From contig OZ024741.1 in the NCBI GenBank assembly GCA_964016885.1, positions 287,308,001-287,372,000 on the forward strand: DNA of 64,000 nt, written 5' to 3'. The position numbers were made by a program, and so were the translations under genes. Below, in pieces: positions 26,105 through 39,128 of this stretch (its first letter is position 1; the number at the start of each line of letters is the position of its first letter). Origin of the DNA: Eledone cirrhosa. Taxonomy: Eukaryota. A model generated the notes under the pieces. The model was not told the origin of the DNA. It made no database searches and saw only the letters and a program-made list of their open reading frames with translations.

Positions 26105-28252
26105 TCATCGTAGGAATATAAATCCAGTTACAGAGCAGATGTGATTTCAGGTGAGGACAACATCTGAAGATCTCGGTCTTGGAGTTCAGGTAAGTTGAAG
26201 TGGCTTTCAAGTTTTGTAGAATACTAAATTTTTTAGTGGTACACAAAGAACAATTCTTTGTGCCCCTTTGGTATTCCCTCGAATGGTCTAAAATAGATCA
26301 ATCGATAGAGTACGGGATGTTTTTATCTTTGAATTCCCACACTTTATTTGCGGGAGCCGTTGCTGTCCTTTTATCAGAGTCTTTAAAAGAAGCGACATGT
26401 GCAAACAACCTAGTTTTGAACCTGTCCTGAGTCATGCCAACATATCGTTCACTCATGACTGGCTGCTTGTTAATGAAAGGTGTTACTTTGGCCTCATATA
26501 CAACGGATTTTGTATTACATTGCCCTGTAATGGGCATTCATCCGGATTCCTGCAACTACATCCTGGATTTATTCTCGTACGATTAGAGTTGGTGATTTTA
26601 GACTTCATTGATGGGCAACAAGAGTAACTGATTTTAACTACATTTCTATTAAATATCTTATAATGTCTATGATTAGGGGGGAAATGTTTGTCTAAGAGGT
26701 CAAGGAATTTCCTTCCTACATTAGTTTTGACAGTTAGAGAGAAGGGGGGTGTAAACCAAATAATTTTCCTTTTCCTATCATTGTGATTAGTTTTAGGGGG
26801 AGGAGTAGGTAAATATTTAATGTGATCTGTAAAGCCGCTGTTAATAAGGGGCGGCTTTGTTAAAAATGTCTAGAGACGAAGATAAGGTAATATTGGGAAT
26901 AAGATTTTACGGCTAATATTGGGAATACGGCTAATATTGAGAATACGACTAATATTGGGAATAAGATTTTTAAAAACTATAGGGGGATGGCAAGACTCTT
27001 TGTGTATATATCTTAGATTTTCGTTAGGTTTATGATAAGGTTTAAAAGAGGCAGTAAGTAGATCAAGATTAATGTCAAGAAAGTTAGCATTGGTAAGGTT
27101 CGTATCTATAGTAATTTTAAGGTTTAGGTTAGCAAAAGTATTGATTAAATCTTTACGGAATTTATCAAGGTTATGGCCGTTGGTGGTTTGAGAAACTGCC
27201 AATCCGTCGTCACGGTATAAACCGATATTATGGGAAGGAAATTTCTCTTTAAGGGTGTGGAGAAGGAATAATCCTACTAAGTCACACACATCCGCACTGT
27301 CATATGAACACATTGCAACATCAAAAGAGTTTTCAGGGCTTGACGTTTTAACCCAAATACTTTCATTAGTAAAGAGTAGAGATTTCCTAGCATAAAAGAT
27401 AATGTATTCTTCTAATTTAGAAATATTAATGAAGGGTCTTGCAAATCTAAGGCTTTAGTTAATAAGGAAACAGTAATAGAGGGGTAAAAATCAACAATAT
27501 CAAATTGGGTAAATCTACACTTATTTTTACCTTGTATATTATTAAACCAAGAAATAACAGAGGATGTATTTAACCATTGTGATAAGTCAGTCTTAGTTCT
27601 AATTTGAAGAATTATTTTTCTTAAGATTTTTTTTACTTGCAAGTCCAACTTCGGATTTAGCCGGGTTAATCAGTCTACAGCTAGGTCGATTAGTAAAGTC
27701 TAATTTATGGTCTTTAAGGGTAATATATTCTTTACGTTTAGCTAGGCTTTCAATCCGGTTGTCTATTTTTAAAGAACTAGCTAATTCTTTAGCTTCTTTA
27801 TTAATAGTATTGTAGGTGTTATTGTTAGCTAATTGATATTTGTTGGTGATACTATTAGTTAAAAGTTGGTTATACAAAATACTATTAACTTCAAAGAGAT
27901 TTTTAGTTTTATCGGAAAGAACAAAAGTGTTTGTAGAGTTTTTAAAATTAGAAATATCGTTAGAAAGTTTAGTTTGAAAATTATTATTGTACTTACTAAA
28001 TTTGATATCACTAATTAAATTAACAAGGTCTAATTCGAAGTTGGCAATGTCTTTAATTCTAAGTGGGTATTTACGGGATTTTATGTCAAAACAATCATTT
28101 GTATCAGCACTGAATAGACCATCGTAAACCATTGCCTTCCATCTCATTCTTTTAACGACTTGTTCGATTTTATCTATAAGCAGTTTGGTATAAGTTGTGT
28201 TGGAAGGAGTAGGTATATTTTTTATTGAATAATCCAATTCATAAAGGTCCAT
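26105..28252 (-). pseudogene. Penelope-like (Naiad-type) RT + GIY-YIG ORF, near full length with frameshifts
   Basis: YSIKNIP, RMRWKA, SDKT, RLINPAKSE, FDIVDFYPSI, GLYRDDGL, NFLD, IIWFTPP, CSCRNPDECP, VVY...YVG, CSLC. Confidence 0.93.
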
Positions 28253-28465
28253 GGTGTATGTTGGTTAAATTCCTGAAAACTGTAGAGTGCTCAACTAATC
28301 GGGCTGGAAAGTGCCAATCATATATGTAATATAGAATATGCTTCGATCAATCCCGGTTGGAGCTGTGTAAATTAAGTAATTCCGTCGGAAAGGTCCAGGA
28401 AAAAAGTGTGTTCAATGGAGGTTACAGAGCTTATTAGTTATGTAATAAACAACATAAGATAATTA

Positions 28466-28526
28466 TTTCATTTACCAGTGGTTTCTTGAAAGCAAACAAA
28501 ATTTGCTTTCAGTCATCAGAATGAAA
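28466..28526 (-). ncRNA. Type I hammerhead ribozyme, family G, upstream of the Penelope ORF
   Basis: Reverse complement tttcatt-CTGATGA-ct gaaagcaaa tttt g tttgctttc aa-GAAAC cactg GTA-aatgaaa. Confidence 0.85.
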
Positions 28527-28687
28527 AAAAAACTAGTGTATTTATTGACAGTGGATTTTAAAAACAAAAATATAATCTATATGAAAGTGAGGCTGGAAAA
28601 GGAAGAAGGAAAGGAAAAAGAATAAATATAAAAGTAGATAAACACACATGCACACACACACACACGCGCGCACACACACATATACAT

Positions 28688-28724
<37 letters not shown>

Positions 28725-28815
28725 CGCACACACATTATCATACATATATACACACGTACATACACACACATACATACATATAAATATATACATACTCACA
28801 CACACATACACACAC

Positions 28816-28909
<94 letters not shown>

Positions 28910-29250
28910 TGTTATACTTGGGAGGGTTATATTTGTGTAATATTGCCAGAATTAATAACAGAACACACTCACTGTTTGGTTGGTTTTCGCTTTATATAAG
29001 AAAATACATAAATATTATATATATATAAAAATAAAAAGGTGGAAAAGGTAAACAAATAATTGGGAATAACCAAAAATAATAAATAAATAAATAAATAAAT
29101 AGATAAAGGTATAAATATTTATAGCTGATTTAGAGCACTCAACAAGTTCCTAGAGCAAATAATCAATGAAAATAAACATTAAATCACTCTGTATGTAATT
29201 ATGCATATACATACACATATATATACACACCCACACACACATACAACCAT

Positions 29251-29333
<83 letters not shown>

Positions 29334-29425
29334 AAAAAGTATGACCCCTTCCTTTTTCAGCCTCATTTTCATATAGATTATATTTTTGTTTTTAAAATCG
29401 ACTGTCAATAAATACACCAGGATTT

Positions 29426-29486
29426 TTTCATTCTGATGACTGAAAGCAAATTTTGTTTGCTTTCAAGAAACCACTGGTAAATGAAA
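29426..29486 (+). ncRNA. Type I hammerhead ribozyme, family G (inverted copy)
   Basis: CTGATGA 29433-29439, GAAAC at 29467, GTA 29477-29479, 7-bp stem I. Confidence 0.85.
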
Positions 29487-29682
29487 TAATTATCTAATGT
29501 TGTTTATTACATAACTATTACGCTCTGTAACCTACATTGAGCACTCTTTTTTCCTGGACCTTTCCGAGGGAATTACTTCACATATATATATATATATAAT
29601 ACATACACACGCACATAGACACACACACACACACACACACGCACACACACACACATAGACACACACACACACACACACACAC

Positions 29683-30390
29683 AAGGATGAAAGGCAAAGT
29701 GAACCTCGACAGGATTTGAACTCAGACCATAAAGAGGCGTAACTCTATGCTGGAAGGCATAGCGTCCGACATTCATAATAATTGTTTCTACTTTTGACAC
29801 AAGGCCAGCAATTATCCAGTGTATTACTGGTACTTTATTTTATCGACCCCGTAAGGATGAAAGGCAAAGTTAACCTCGGCGGGATTTGAACTCATATCGT
29901 AAAGGAACGTAACTACGCTGGAAAGCATGTCTGACCCTCTACCAATACTGCCACAGTGTGAGTAGGTTTACTCTTTGAATTACAGGTACAACTCATTTTG
30001 GCCAGCTAAGTGGCCTGGAGCAATGTGCTATAAAGTGTATTACTCAAAACAGGCTGTTGGAAATTGAACTAAACACTTTAAGAATACATTAACATCTGGA
30101 CCACCCTAAACTTTAAGAATACATTAACCTCTGGACCACCCTAAACTTTCACACATGACCTTTACTGCATGACATTTTCAACAGAAACAGGAAATTATCA
30201 CAAAACTGTGCTACCATACAAAATATTTCGGAAATAACTAATAAAAGCAGAAAAGTTATTTGTAACAAGAAATTACATTGCTGCTGATGATGATGATGTT
30301 TATGATTTGTGTTGATGATGGCGGGTACTCTGAAAAGTGGTAGTGGTGGTGATGGGATGAGTGACGGGGGTGATGACGATGGTAATGGTG
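29683..30390 (+). repeat. Direct segmental duplication, copy 2
   Basis: Matches 21075-21800. Confidence 0.9.
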
Positions 30391-30757
30391 TTGTTTGTGG
30401 TGATGGTGGTGGTTGTGGTGGTTGTGGTGGTGGTGGTGGTTGTGGTGGTGGTGGTGGTGGTGGTAGTGGTGGTGGTTGTGGTGGTGGTGGTGGTGCTTGT
30501 GGTTGTGGTGGTGATAGTGGTGGTGGTGGTAGTTGTGGTTGTGGTCGTGGTCGTGGAAATAATTATCTTATGATATTGTTTATTAAATTAACTAATAAGC
30601 TCTGAAACCTACATTGAGCACTCTTTTTTCTGGACCTTTCCGAGGGTATTACTTCAGATATATATATATATATATATATAATACATACACACGCACATAG
30701 ACGCACACACATACACACACACATACACATAGACACACACACACACTCATATATATA

Positions 30758-30835
<78 letters not shown>

Positions 30836-31190
30836 TTAAAACAATGAAATAAGAAATCAAGTCATTAGAGATCAAATAAGGACATGATACTAACATACTA
30901 CTAATTCTGAATAAAATTATTATTGCTTTTGAAAACAGCTGGTGATATGCATGTAAGTAAATATTCTCTTTATCTGATAGTTTGTAAATAACCTTACATA
31001 GATTAATTACTGAGTATAGCTACAATGTATTATCATCATCTAGAAACGATCGTAAAGCAGTGAAGTATATCTCTATGACTTGATTTTTTATTTCATTGTT
31101 TTAACTCATATCATGACTCTGTTTTCCTTTAACATATGGATTACATCGAGTTCTTCATGCAGAATAGACCCCACAACTTACTGTGGATAC

Positions 31191-31247
<57 letters not shown>

Positions 31248-31554
31248 GAGAGGGTGAGAGAGTGTGTCTGTTTTTTATTTTGTTTTTGTATTTTGAATTT
31301 TGATGGATTCGTTTTTAAATCTTATCCGTATCAGTTCATCTCGCACTTTTTTTTCTCTCTCTCTTTCGCTCTCTCTATTTCCCTCTCTCGCTCTTTCTCT
31401 CTCTCTCTATCTCTCTCTCTCACTCTTTCTCTCTCTCTCTCCATAAAGCAATCTTCTAATGAAACAAAATAGACCGAAATGGTAATAAATAAATAAATAT
31501 TAATAACAATCACAACAACGCCAACAACAACAACAACGAAATAATTATAACAAT

Positions 31555-32290
31555 AATTGTTTCAAACTTTTGGCAGAAGACCTGAAATTATATCAGTTCA
31601 TTACTGGTACTTTATTTCACCGACCCCGGAAGGATGAAAGGCAACACTAACCCCGCCGGGATTTGAACTCAGACTGTAAAGGACCGTAACTCTATGTTGC
31701 AAAGCATGGCGTCCGAACTTCTACCGATACTGTCAATCCACCACCAATCCTTATTCCAAACGTGGTTGCCGTTATCCCTGCCATGACAGCCAGCAATAGC
31801 TCTATCGTATTCCTTATCAGCATAATCGTCCGACCTCCCCCTAAACGTTATTGCACTTTGCTATGATGATAAAGATGATAGGGGTGATGAGGATGTTGAT
31901 GACGATAATTATGATAATGATAACAATTATCATCATCATTACTAACATCATCTTCATCATCATCTTCATCATCATCTTCATCATCGTTACTAACATCATC
32001 TTCATCATTATCTATGCTGCAAAGTATGGTGTCCGGCCCTCTACTGATACTGCCAATCCACCTCCCTCTGGTGGATTATAACAATAACGGTTTCTGATTT
32101 AGGCACAAAGCCAACAATTTGGGGGGAAGGAGAAAGTCGATTAAATCGACCCCAATGCATTAACGGTACTTTATTTTATCCACCCTGTAAGGATAAAAGG
32201 CAGTCTAACTTCTGCGGGATTTGATCTCATAATGTGAAGCGCTGTAACTATATGCGGCATGTTGTCCGACGCTCTACCGATACTGCCAAA
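31555..32290 (-). mobile_element. SINE copies (about 31555-31745, 32010-32065, 32090-32290) around a (GAT)n/(CAT)n tract
   Basis: Conserved core and reverse B-box. Confidence 0.8.
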
Positions 32291-32540
32291 CCAGAACATC
32301 ACAATTGAAATTAATTTGGCATCAATTTCTCAATGAATTAGTCTATAGTGCTTCTAATTGATTTGAAGTAAATTGTGTCTCATACCATATACTAACAAAA
32401 TCACCTTTCAGGTCGATATTTTCTTAGTACGATATCTTTTTAGTGCGATATCTTTTTAGTGCGATATCTTATCAGAGCGATATCTGGTCACTGGGATATA
32501 TTGTCAGTGCTGCTCTTCGGCCTCTCGTTAGACCCACTAT

Positions 32541-32748
32541 CATACCTGCCCACAAAACATAAAGTACATAGAAACAGATCTCTTACCTTTGCTTAGTAGA
32601 CAACCTTTTAAAAACAGGACCGTTTATACTAGTGTAACAGAGATTGCAACTAACGATCTCTGTTACTGGAATAAACGGTCGCATTTTAAAAGGATGTCTA
32701 TATTACTGGATTTGTTTCTGTAAACTCTATGTTTTGTGGGCAGGTATG
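32541..32748. mobile_element. MITE with imperfect full-length fold-back
   Basis: Perfect 21-bp TIRs catacctgcccacaaaacata / tatgttttgtgggcaggtatg. Internal arms are also complementary. Confidence 0.75.
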
Positions 32749-32858
32749 AGACTCAATCTGCTTCTCATCTATTCTAAGAACCATTGTAGTGTACGAAGTC
32801 TTTGTGAGGCGTTGAATAGCAGCTACTAGTGGCTATAGGGGAACGGTTATACAATCAC

Positions 32859-32890
<32 letters not shown>

Positions 32891-33386
32891 TGTATGAATG
32901 TATGTATGAATGTATTATGTGTGTGTGTACATTCGTATGCATGTATGTATGTATGTTCAAATTATTTGATTACGAACAAGAAAAATGTATTCAATGCGTA
33001 GCAAAGAGTATGATTATATTTATCGGTTACGAACTTTAAGTCTAAGTATTGGTGTGTATGTAACTACCTATATGAATACATAAAAACACATGTATGTGTG
33101 TATATATAACCACTCACATACATACGCATATTCACACATATACACAAACGGACACACTCACACTCATGCACACACCCCACACACACATTGGCTATACACA
33201 CAAAGACCAAATACTCACATAAGGTTGTAGGCGATGGCAATCAATCTTGTATGACCCAAAGGTATTCGTTTATTTTATAAAGTCAACATATATTTTACGA
33301 CTCAGAAATTTTCATCACCTTAGAATATTAGTTTTAATAAAATCTCTAGCGTGAGGCTTATCGGACGGCGGGGCGGACAGGAGATT

Positions 33387-33446
<60 letters not shown>

Positions 33447-33465
33447 ATATATAAATATATATATA

Positions 33466-33563
<98 letters not shown>

Positions 33564-33696
33564 GGAAGCAGAAAATTACTTTTTGTGATCCAGTTCGTGG
33601 TTAAGAAAGCCAGTTTAATGGATGGTTTCAACGTACGGTTAGGGGTAACTCCACAAGTTTGTAAGAATTCCGTTCAATCTTGGAGTATAAAGTATA

Positions 33697-35357
33697 AAAG
33701 AGAAAACACACGTAAGCATTAAGAGAAGGATTTTATCCAGGTATTTACGACCGTTTCATTGGTAAGTGCAACCTTATATTGCTATACTGCAAATAGCAGC
33801 CACTCAATTATAATTGTTGTTCACAGTCCAAATTTTCAAAATAGTGAGAAAATATATTTGATATAACCCCATATTTAACACCTCTATTGGTACTAACCTA
33901 CCCTCTACCTTCTTTAGAATAATAAATAAGCACTTTCCAGATTCACATAGATACAGCAAAATACTTAACACTAAATCTATTAGACTATCTTACTCCACGG
34001 CACCAAATATAGAGGCACACATTAAGATGCTTAACGCTAAAATGATACATAACAACACCAAAACACAAATTTACAACAATAACAATACAATCACCATTGA
34101 ACACAACAGAATATCTACTACACAACCACCCACTAATAAGCAAACAAAACGTAACACATTTGTACAGGCATCGCAGCCCACCAATAATGCCAAAGTTGCC
34201 CATGACAAGAATTGTAACTGCCACCTACCTGAAACCTGTCCATTACATAATGAATGTATGCAGTCTAACCTGGTTTACCAATGCACAGTAGAATCAGACA
34301 ACCAGAAATGGTATTACATCGGAGCGACTGGGAATACATTTAAAGCCCGTTGGTATACACACCGTTACGCAACGAAACATTCCTAGCATCGTTATGTAAC
34401 TACCCTTGCAAACAAGACCTGGCAACTGAGGGAAAGTAACCATCAATACACCCTGAAGTGGAAAAAATTATCGAACGCGCCTCCATAGTGGTATGAGAAG
34501 CTGTCGATTATGTGACCTTGAGCTGTTCCACATCTTGAGTTCGAAGAATATGTTACTCAATAATAAAATAGAAAAATCAATTATTGTAACCATAGACACA
34601 AAGAGAAGTTTTCGCACCACAAGTGCAAATCGAACCCTTTAACCTCTTACTACCAACTGACAAACTGCATATACTTAGACTTTATACCCTCTTGTTGTAT
34701 CTAAACCCTTTTAATTACCCACAAAAACCAATACCTATATCCCCCCTTCTCCTTCATTCCTCTTCTATTTCTTCGTTTTCTTCCTTCCTTCCCTCCCCTT
34801 TTTGCTATCTTTTCTTTTCTTCTTTCTCCCCCGCCCCCCTCCTTTGCTTTTATTTTTGTCATTATTATCTTTATCTTTATTTTTTATATGTATATTTACC
34901 TCTTTATATCTCCCTCCCCCTCTCTCTCTATCCATCCCTCCCACTATGATCAATTTAATTCTCTTTAACTCACTACATTCCAGGACATGAAGTCTACTTA
35001 CCAAAACTGATCAAGGAATCCTTCCACCTCTATCCCTCCCTCCATCTCAGTTTGTCACTCTACTTCCTAAATCCTCCCCCTTCCCCTCTCTCTCTCTATA
35101 CTATTCCGTCTGTTCCCTCACCTTCTGATTCCTCTCTCTCTATACTAGTAAATACAATTCCAAATAAATGTTTTTCTCTATATATTAAGAATTATTTCAA
35201 GAGTAACTTACTCACTATTTTGAAAATTTGGACTGTGAACAACAATTATAATTGAGTGGCTGCTATTTGCAGTATAGCAATATAAAGTTGCACTTACCAA
35301 TGAAACGGTCGTAAATACCTGGATAAAATCCTTCTCTTAATGCTTACCTGTGTTTTC

Positions 35358-35365
<8 letters not shown>
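33697..35365 (+). mobile_element. 5'-truncated Penelope-like element with inverted terminal repeats
   Basis: 33697-33850 is the reverse complement of 35210-35365. GIY-YIG fragment at about 34190-34640 (CNCHLPETCPLHNEC, LVY...YYIGAT, FKARW, CRLCDLE) with stops. Ends in (TA)n. Confidence 0.88.
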
Positions 35366-35431
<66 letters not shown>

Positions 35432-35434
<3 letters not shown>

Positions 35435-36031
35435 TGTATATATAGTGTATTTTGCAATACACTGTATGCTTAATTAAAAGCATTTTGAAGACCATACGCT
35501 ATTGTTTTAAAATAGCGACATTGTCGCTTACTTAAATTTTCAGCAGACAGGGGGAGATAAGTTGACAACTCTGTTTCGTACTTTTTGGTACTTATCAAAA
35601 CTCACTCCTTTCCCTGTCTGCCGAAAATGATGTGTGTTGGATTTTTATAGAATTCCAGTAACAATCAGGAACTGATTTTACAGAGCGGTCGCCGGTCAAT
35701 TGAAAATTAGAATTGGTACTCTGAAATAGCGATATATATATGAATGTATATATAGTGTATTTTGCAATACACTGTATGCTTAATTAAAAGCATTTTGAAG
35801 ACCATACGCTATTGTTTTAAAGTAGCGACATTGTCGCTTACATAAATTTTCAGCAGACTAATTTTCAATTTTTGCTGGGCCGGCGACCGCTCTGTAAAAT
35901 CAGTTCCTGATTGTTACTGGAATTCTATAAGAATCCAACACACATAATTTTCGGCAGACAGGGAGAGTAGTAAGTTTTGATAAATACCCAAAAGTAAGAA
36001 ACAGAGCTGCCAACTTATCTCCCCCTGTCTG
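35432..36031. repeat. Overlapping direct (period 310) and inverted repeat complex
   Basis: 35432-35549 equals 35742-35858. 35544-35710 is the reverse complement of 35858-36031. Confidence 0.88.
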
Positions 36032-36267
36032 AATTTCCAAAACTAATCAGATTAGAGCAGAAATCACGAGCACTCTATCTCAAAATTATTTTTGAAAAGC
36101 ATAAGAAATGCGCAACCAGTAAAAACTGAAAACTAAAACTGAATACTAACTACTTACTAATTTATACTTATTCTAATTAAACTACTTTTCACTGGGAAAA
36201 ATTTGTCAGCATTTTCTTTTCCTTTTTACTAACATATCACAACTCGTGTGTCACACCTCTATTTTTT

Positions 36268-36349
<82 letters not shown>

Positions 36350-36917
36350 TTTATTAAGCTTTGTTACTACGACGGCGCCATACCAGATACTTACGTTTCG
36401 TTAGCCCTCTTGAAGACAAATTATATATATATATATTCAGATCAACTCTTTATTATTGTCTAGCTTGTGTGATGTCATCTGCACCACGAGTTCCCAAAAT
36501 AGCTGACTGATCACACAATTTTTCTCCGAAAACCATTTTTCCGCGCCTTCACTTTCTATATCATCTTTTATTTCTCACTCTACTTTTGATGAAGGGCTAG
36601 TATCCGAAAAGTAAGAACTCGTTTCCTTCTATACCAAGCGTTAAACTGATATATTACTTCATTGTACTGTGTTGTTTGCAATTACTTTTCGAAGATATTG
36701 TAGTAGTATCAATTAAAATTTATCAAAATGATAAATCTTTATTAAAATAATTTTACTATTGTCATAATTTTTATTTTGCTGACATTGTTATATAATCTGA
36801 GTTCAAATTCTGCCGAGGTTAATTTTGCCTTTCATCCTTACGGGGTCGATAAAATAAAGTAGTAGTAATACACTGGGGTAATTGCTGGTCTTGTGCCAAA
36901 AGTAGAAACAATTATAC

Positions 36918-37349
36918 TACACCTGAAAAATGCGCAAACTCAAAAGAGCCACAGAATGTTATAATAAACCTTCAAAAGTGTGGGACTAGAGTTGTTGCTC
37001 AAAAATATTGTAATCATTATCTATCGTACACACTGTGGCATCCTTTTATAAAAAAGAGACTCATACCAAACTCAAGACGACACGTTAATTATTTAAGATA
37101 ATGTTCAATATCTCATATTAGATGTTTAGTAATGATTAAACCGAATTCTATATTATAAATTCACTTAAATAATTATCGTGTCGTCTTGAGTTCGTTATGA
37201 GTCTCTTTTTATTTTATAAAAGGATGCCACAGAGTGTACGATAGATAATGATTACAATATTTTTGAGCAACAACTCTAGTCCCACACTTTTGAAGGTTTA
37301 TTATAACATTCTGTTTTTCTTTTGAGCTTGTGCATTTTTCAGGTCTAGT
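36918..37349. mobile_element. MITE with ~180-bp terminal inverted repeats
   Basis: ta|cacctgaaaaatgc...taattatttaag versus cttaaataatta...gcatttttcaggtc|ta. Possible TA target duplication. Confidence 0.8.
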
Positions 37350-37794
37350 TTAATATTTTTTTAAGGCAACGCTTGTAATAACTCTAGTTAAACATGATAT
37401 ATATTAATAATAAATTATCGTTGTAATGTAATTAGATTATATAATTGTTATTTTATAAATGATCTTATAAATATTATTGTAAGATGTATAAAAATATTTT
37501 CAGACTTTTAATATAAACAACTGCAAAAAACAATCAATATTAAATAAATATATTTTACATAATAATTGTTATAGTTGAATTAATAAAAATTAAATATTAC
37601 ATACAAATAGTCTAACATAATAGTAAAAAAATAATCTAACATAATAATAATAAAATAATCTAACATAAAACAAACAATAATATGGACAAATATACAAGTA
37701 AATATGATACAACCAATATTATAAGCATGTTATAACGAACTGAAAAAAAATAGTTAATATAAATTTAAAAAATCATATATAAATTAACAATATA

Positions 37795-38198
37795 ACTTAC
37801 CAAAACGAGAAAAATATGTTGATGTTAAACGACGAATTACAGGAAGAAGATTCGAAAGCGAAACGATAAATAAACGTGCAAACAAAATGGCGGATGCTTT
37901 TGAGCAACAATTACTCTCGTTGGTTGATTAGCCAATAAGACGATGAAATTAGCCAATAAGACGATACATTACAAAACATGTTTGGCAGCGATCACCACAG
38001 CCAGCGACACCCCTTGAATCTTTTTATTCACAAGCTACGCATATATGTCAGACACGCAGACTTAAAACATTCTGTTGTTAGTCACTGCGTGCCTAACAGA
38101 TACATAATAACAACTGCAACTATACGTTATACATGTTTATACCATTGTTGTTGTAGTTGCTGGTGTTGATGTCCTTGTTGTTGTCGATAAAAGTAAGT
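37795..38198. promoter_or_regulatory. Candidate bidirectional Pol II promoter with flanking splice donors
   Basis: YY1-like CAAAATGGCGG 37883-37893; tandem AGCCAATAAG boxes (CCAAT at 37932 and 37953); GTAAGT donors at 37800(-) and 38193(+); locally CpG-richer. Confidence 0.4.
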
Positions 38199-38822
38199 AG
38201 ACAATTTTCGAAATTATCATTTTTTAATAGTAGAAAAGATAAAAAAGTGATAAAAAATGAACAATTTTCTATATTGCAGTTCATTGAGTCACATTCCTTG
38301 TAATGTATACGAAAGAGAATATGGAATGAAGAGAAATAATTATTCGATTATACCTCTACTAATTTTAAGAGACTTCTGTGTGATTTCATGTTTTTTTATG
38401 GGGTTTCAAAATGGAGATATATGTCTCAATGAAAATGTAATATATATGATCTAATACGGCAAACTAGAGAAATAGCCGTTAACTAATGGAAAGGTGATAC
38501 ATTCATCAGTTAGTTAAGTATAGATATTATAAATATATCATTTAAAGACGTTATCTATGTGAATTTATCATTTTTTGTGTTTATTTATAATACTGTAAAA
38601 GAAACAAGATAAAATATTTATTGATAATAACTTGATGTGTCAATAAAGCAACTGGAACAATCCATAAATTTTATATCAATAAAGTTAATATCAGATGGAA
38701 GTAATTACAAGGGTCTATATGATCGACTAAAGTTATTGAAAGGCGTGTTCCAGCATGGCCGCAGTCAGAATACTAAGACCAGTAAAAGAAAAGTAATATA
38801 TATTATTCATATATTATTTGAA

Positions 38823-38910
<88 letters not shown>
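38823..38910. repeat. (TATC)n microsatellite, 5' flank of the Tx1-like element
   Basis: Directly visible. Recurs at 44644-44710 and 47393-47520. Confidence 0.97.
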
Positions 38911-38911
<1 letters not shown>

Positions 38912-39128
38912 CTGGGATGGACACACGCGTATAACTTGCTGAGTAAGTTCTGTTTAAATTTTTATAGAAATTCTTGTCTGATAACTTTAATTTTTGTACC
39001 ATTTTGTAGAGGGACTGCCAGGTCAAACTTTGATCTGGTCAGTCTCTCAAAATATTCTACGCCTTTAGGCGAAATAGTTAAACAAAAAAAAAAAGTTTTT
39101 TCTTGTTGAAAAGTCAATATTTTTTTAA

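Larger units (their letters stand above)
28374..29578. mobile_element. Penelope 5' pseudo-LTR with inverted copy
   Basis: 28374-28605 is the reverse complement of 29349-29578. 28993-29110 duplicates the element's 3' end at 25793-25912. 28505-28830 also recurs at 23135-23560. Confidence 0.8.

Noticed and set aside
26105-26570. Selenocysteine recoding, reported for some Naiad elements
   Set aside because: The conserved Cys positions I could read in the GIY-YIG regions use TGT/TGC, not TGA.
35210-35320. Hammerhead in this Penelope terminal repeat
   Set aside because: The GAAAC-G-GTC half is present, but I found no CUGANGA with a matching stem I.
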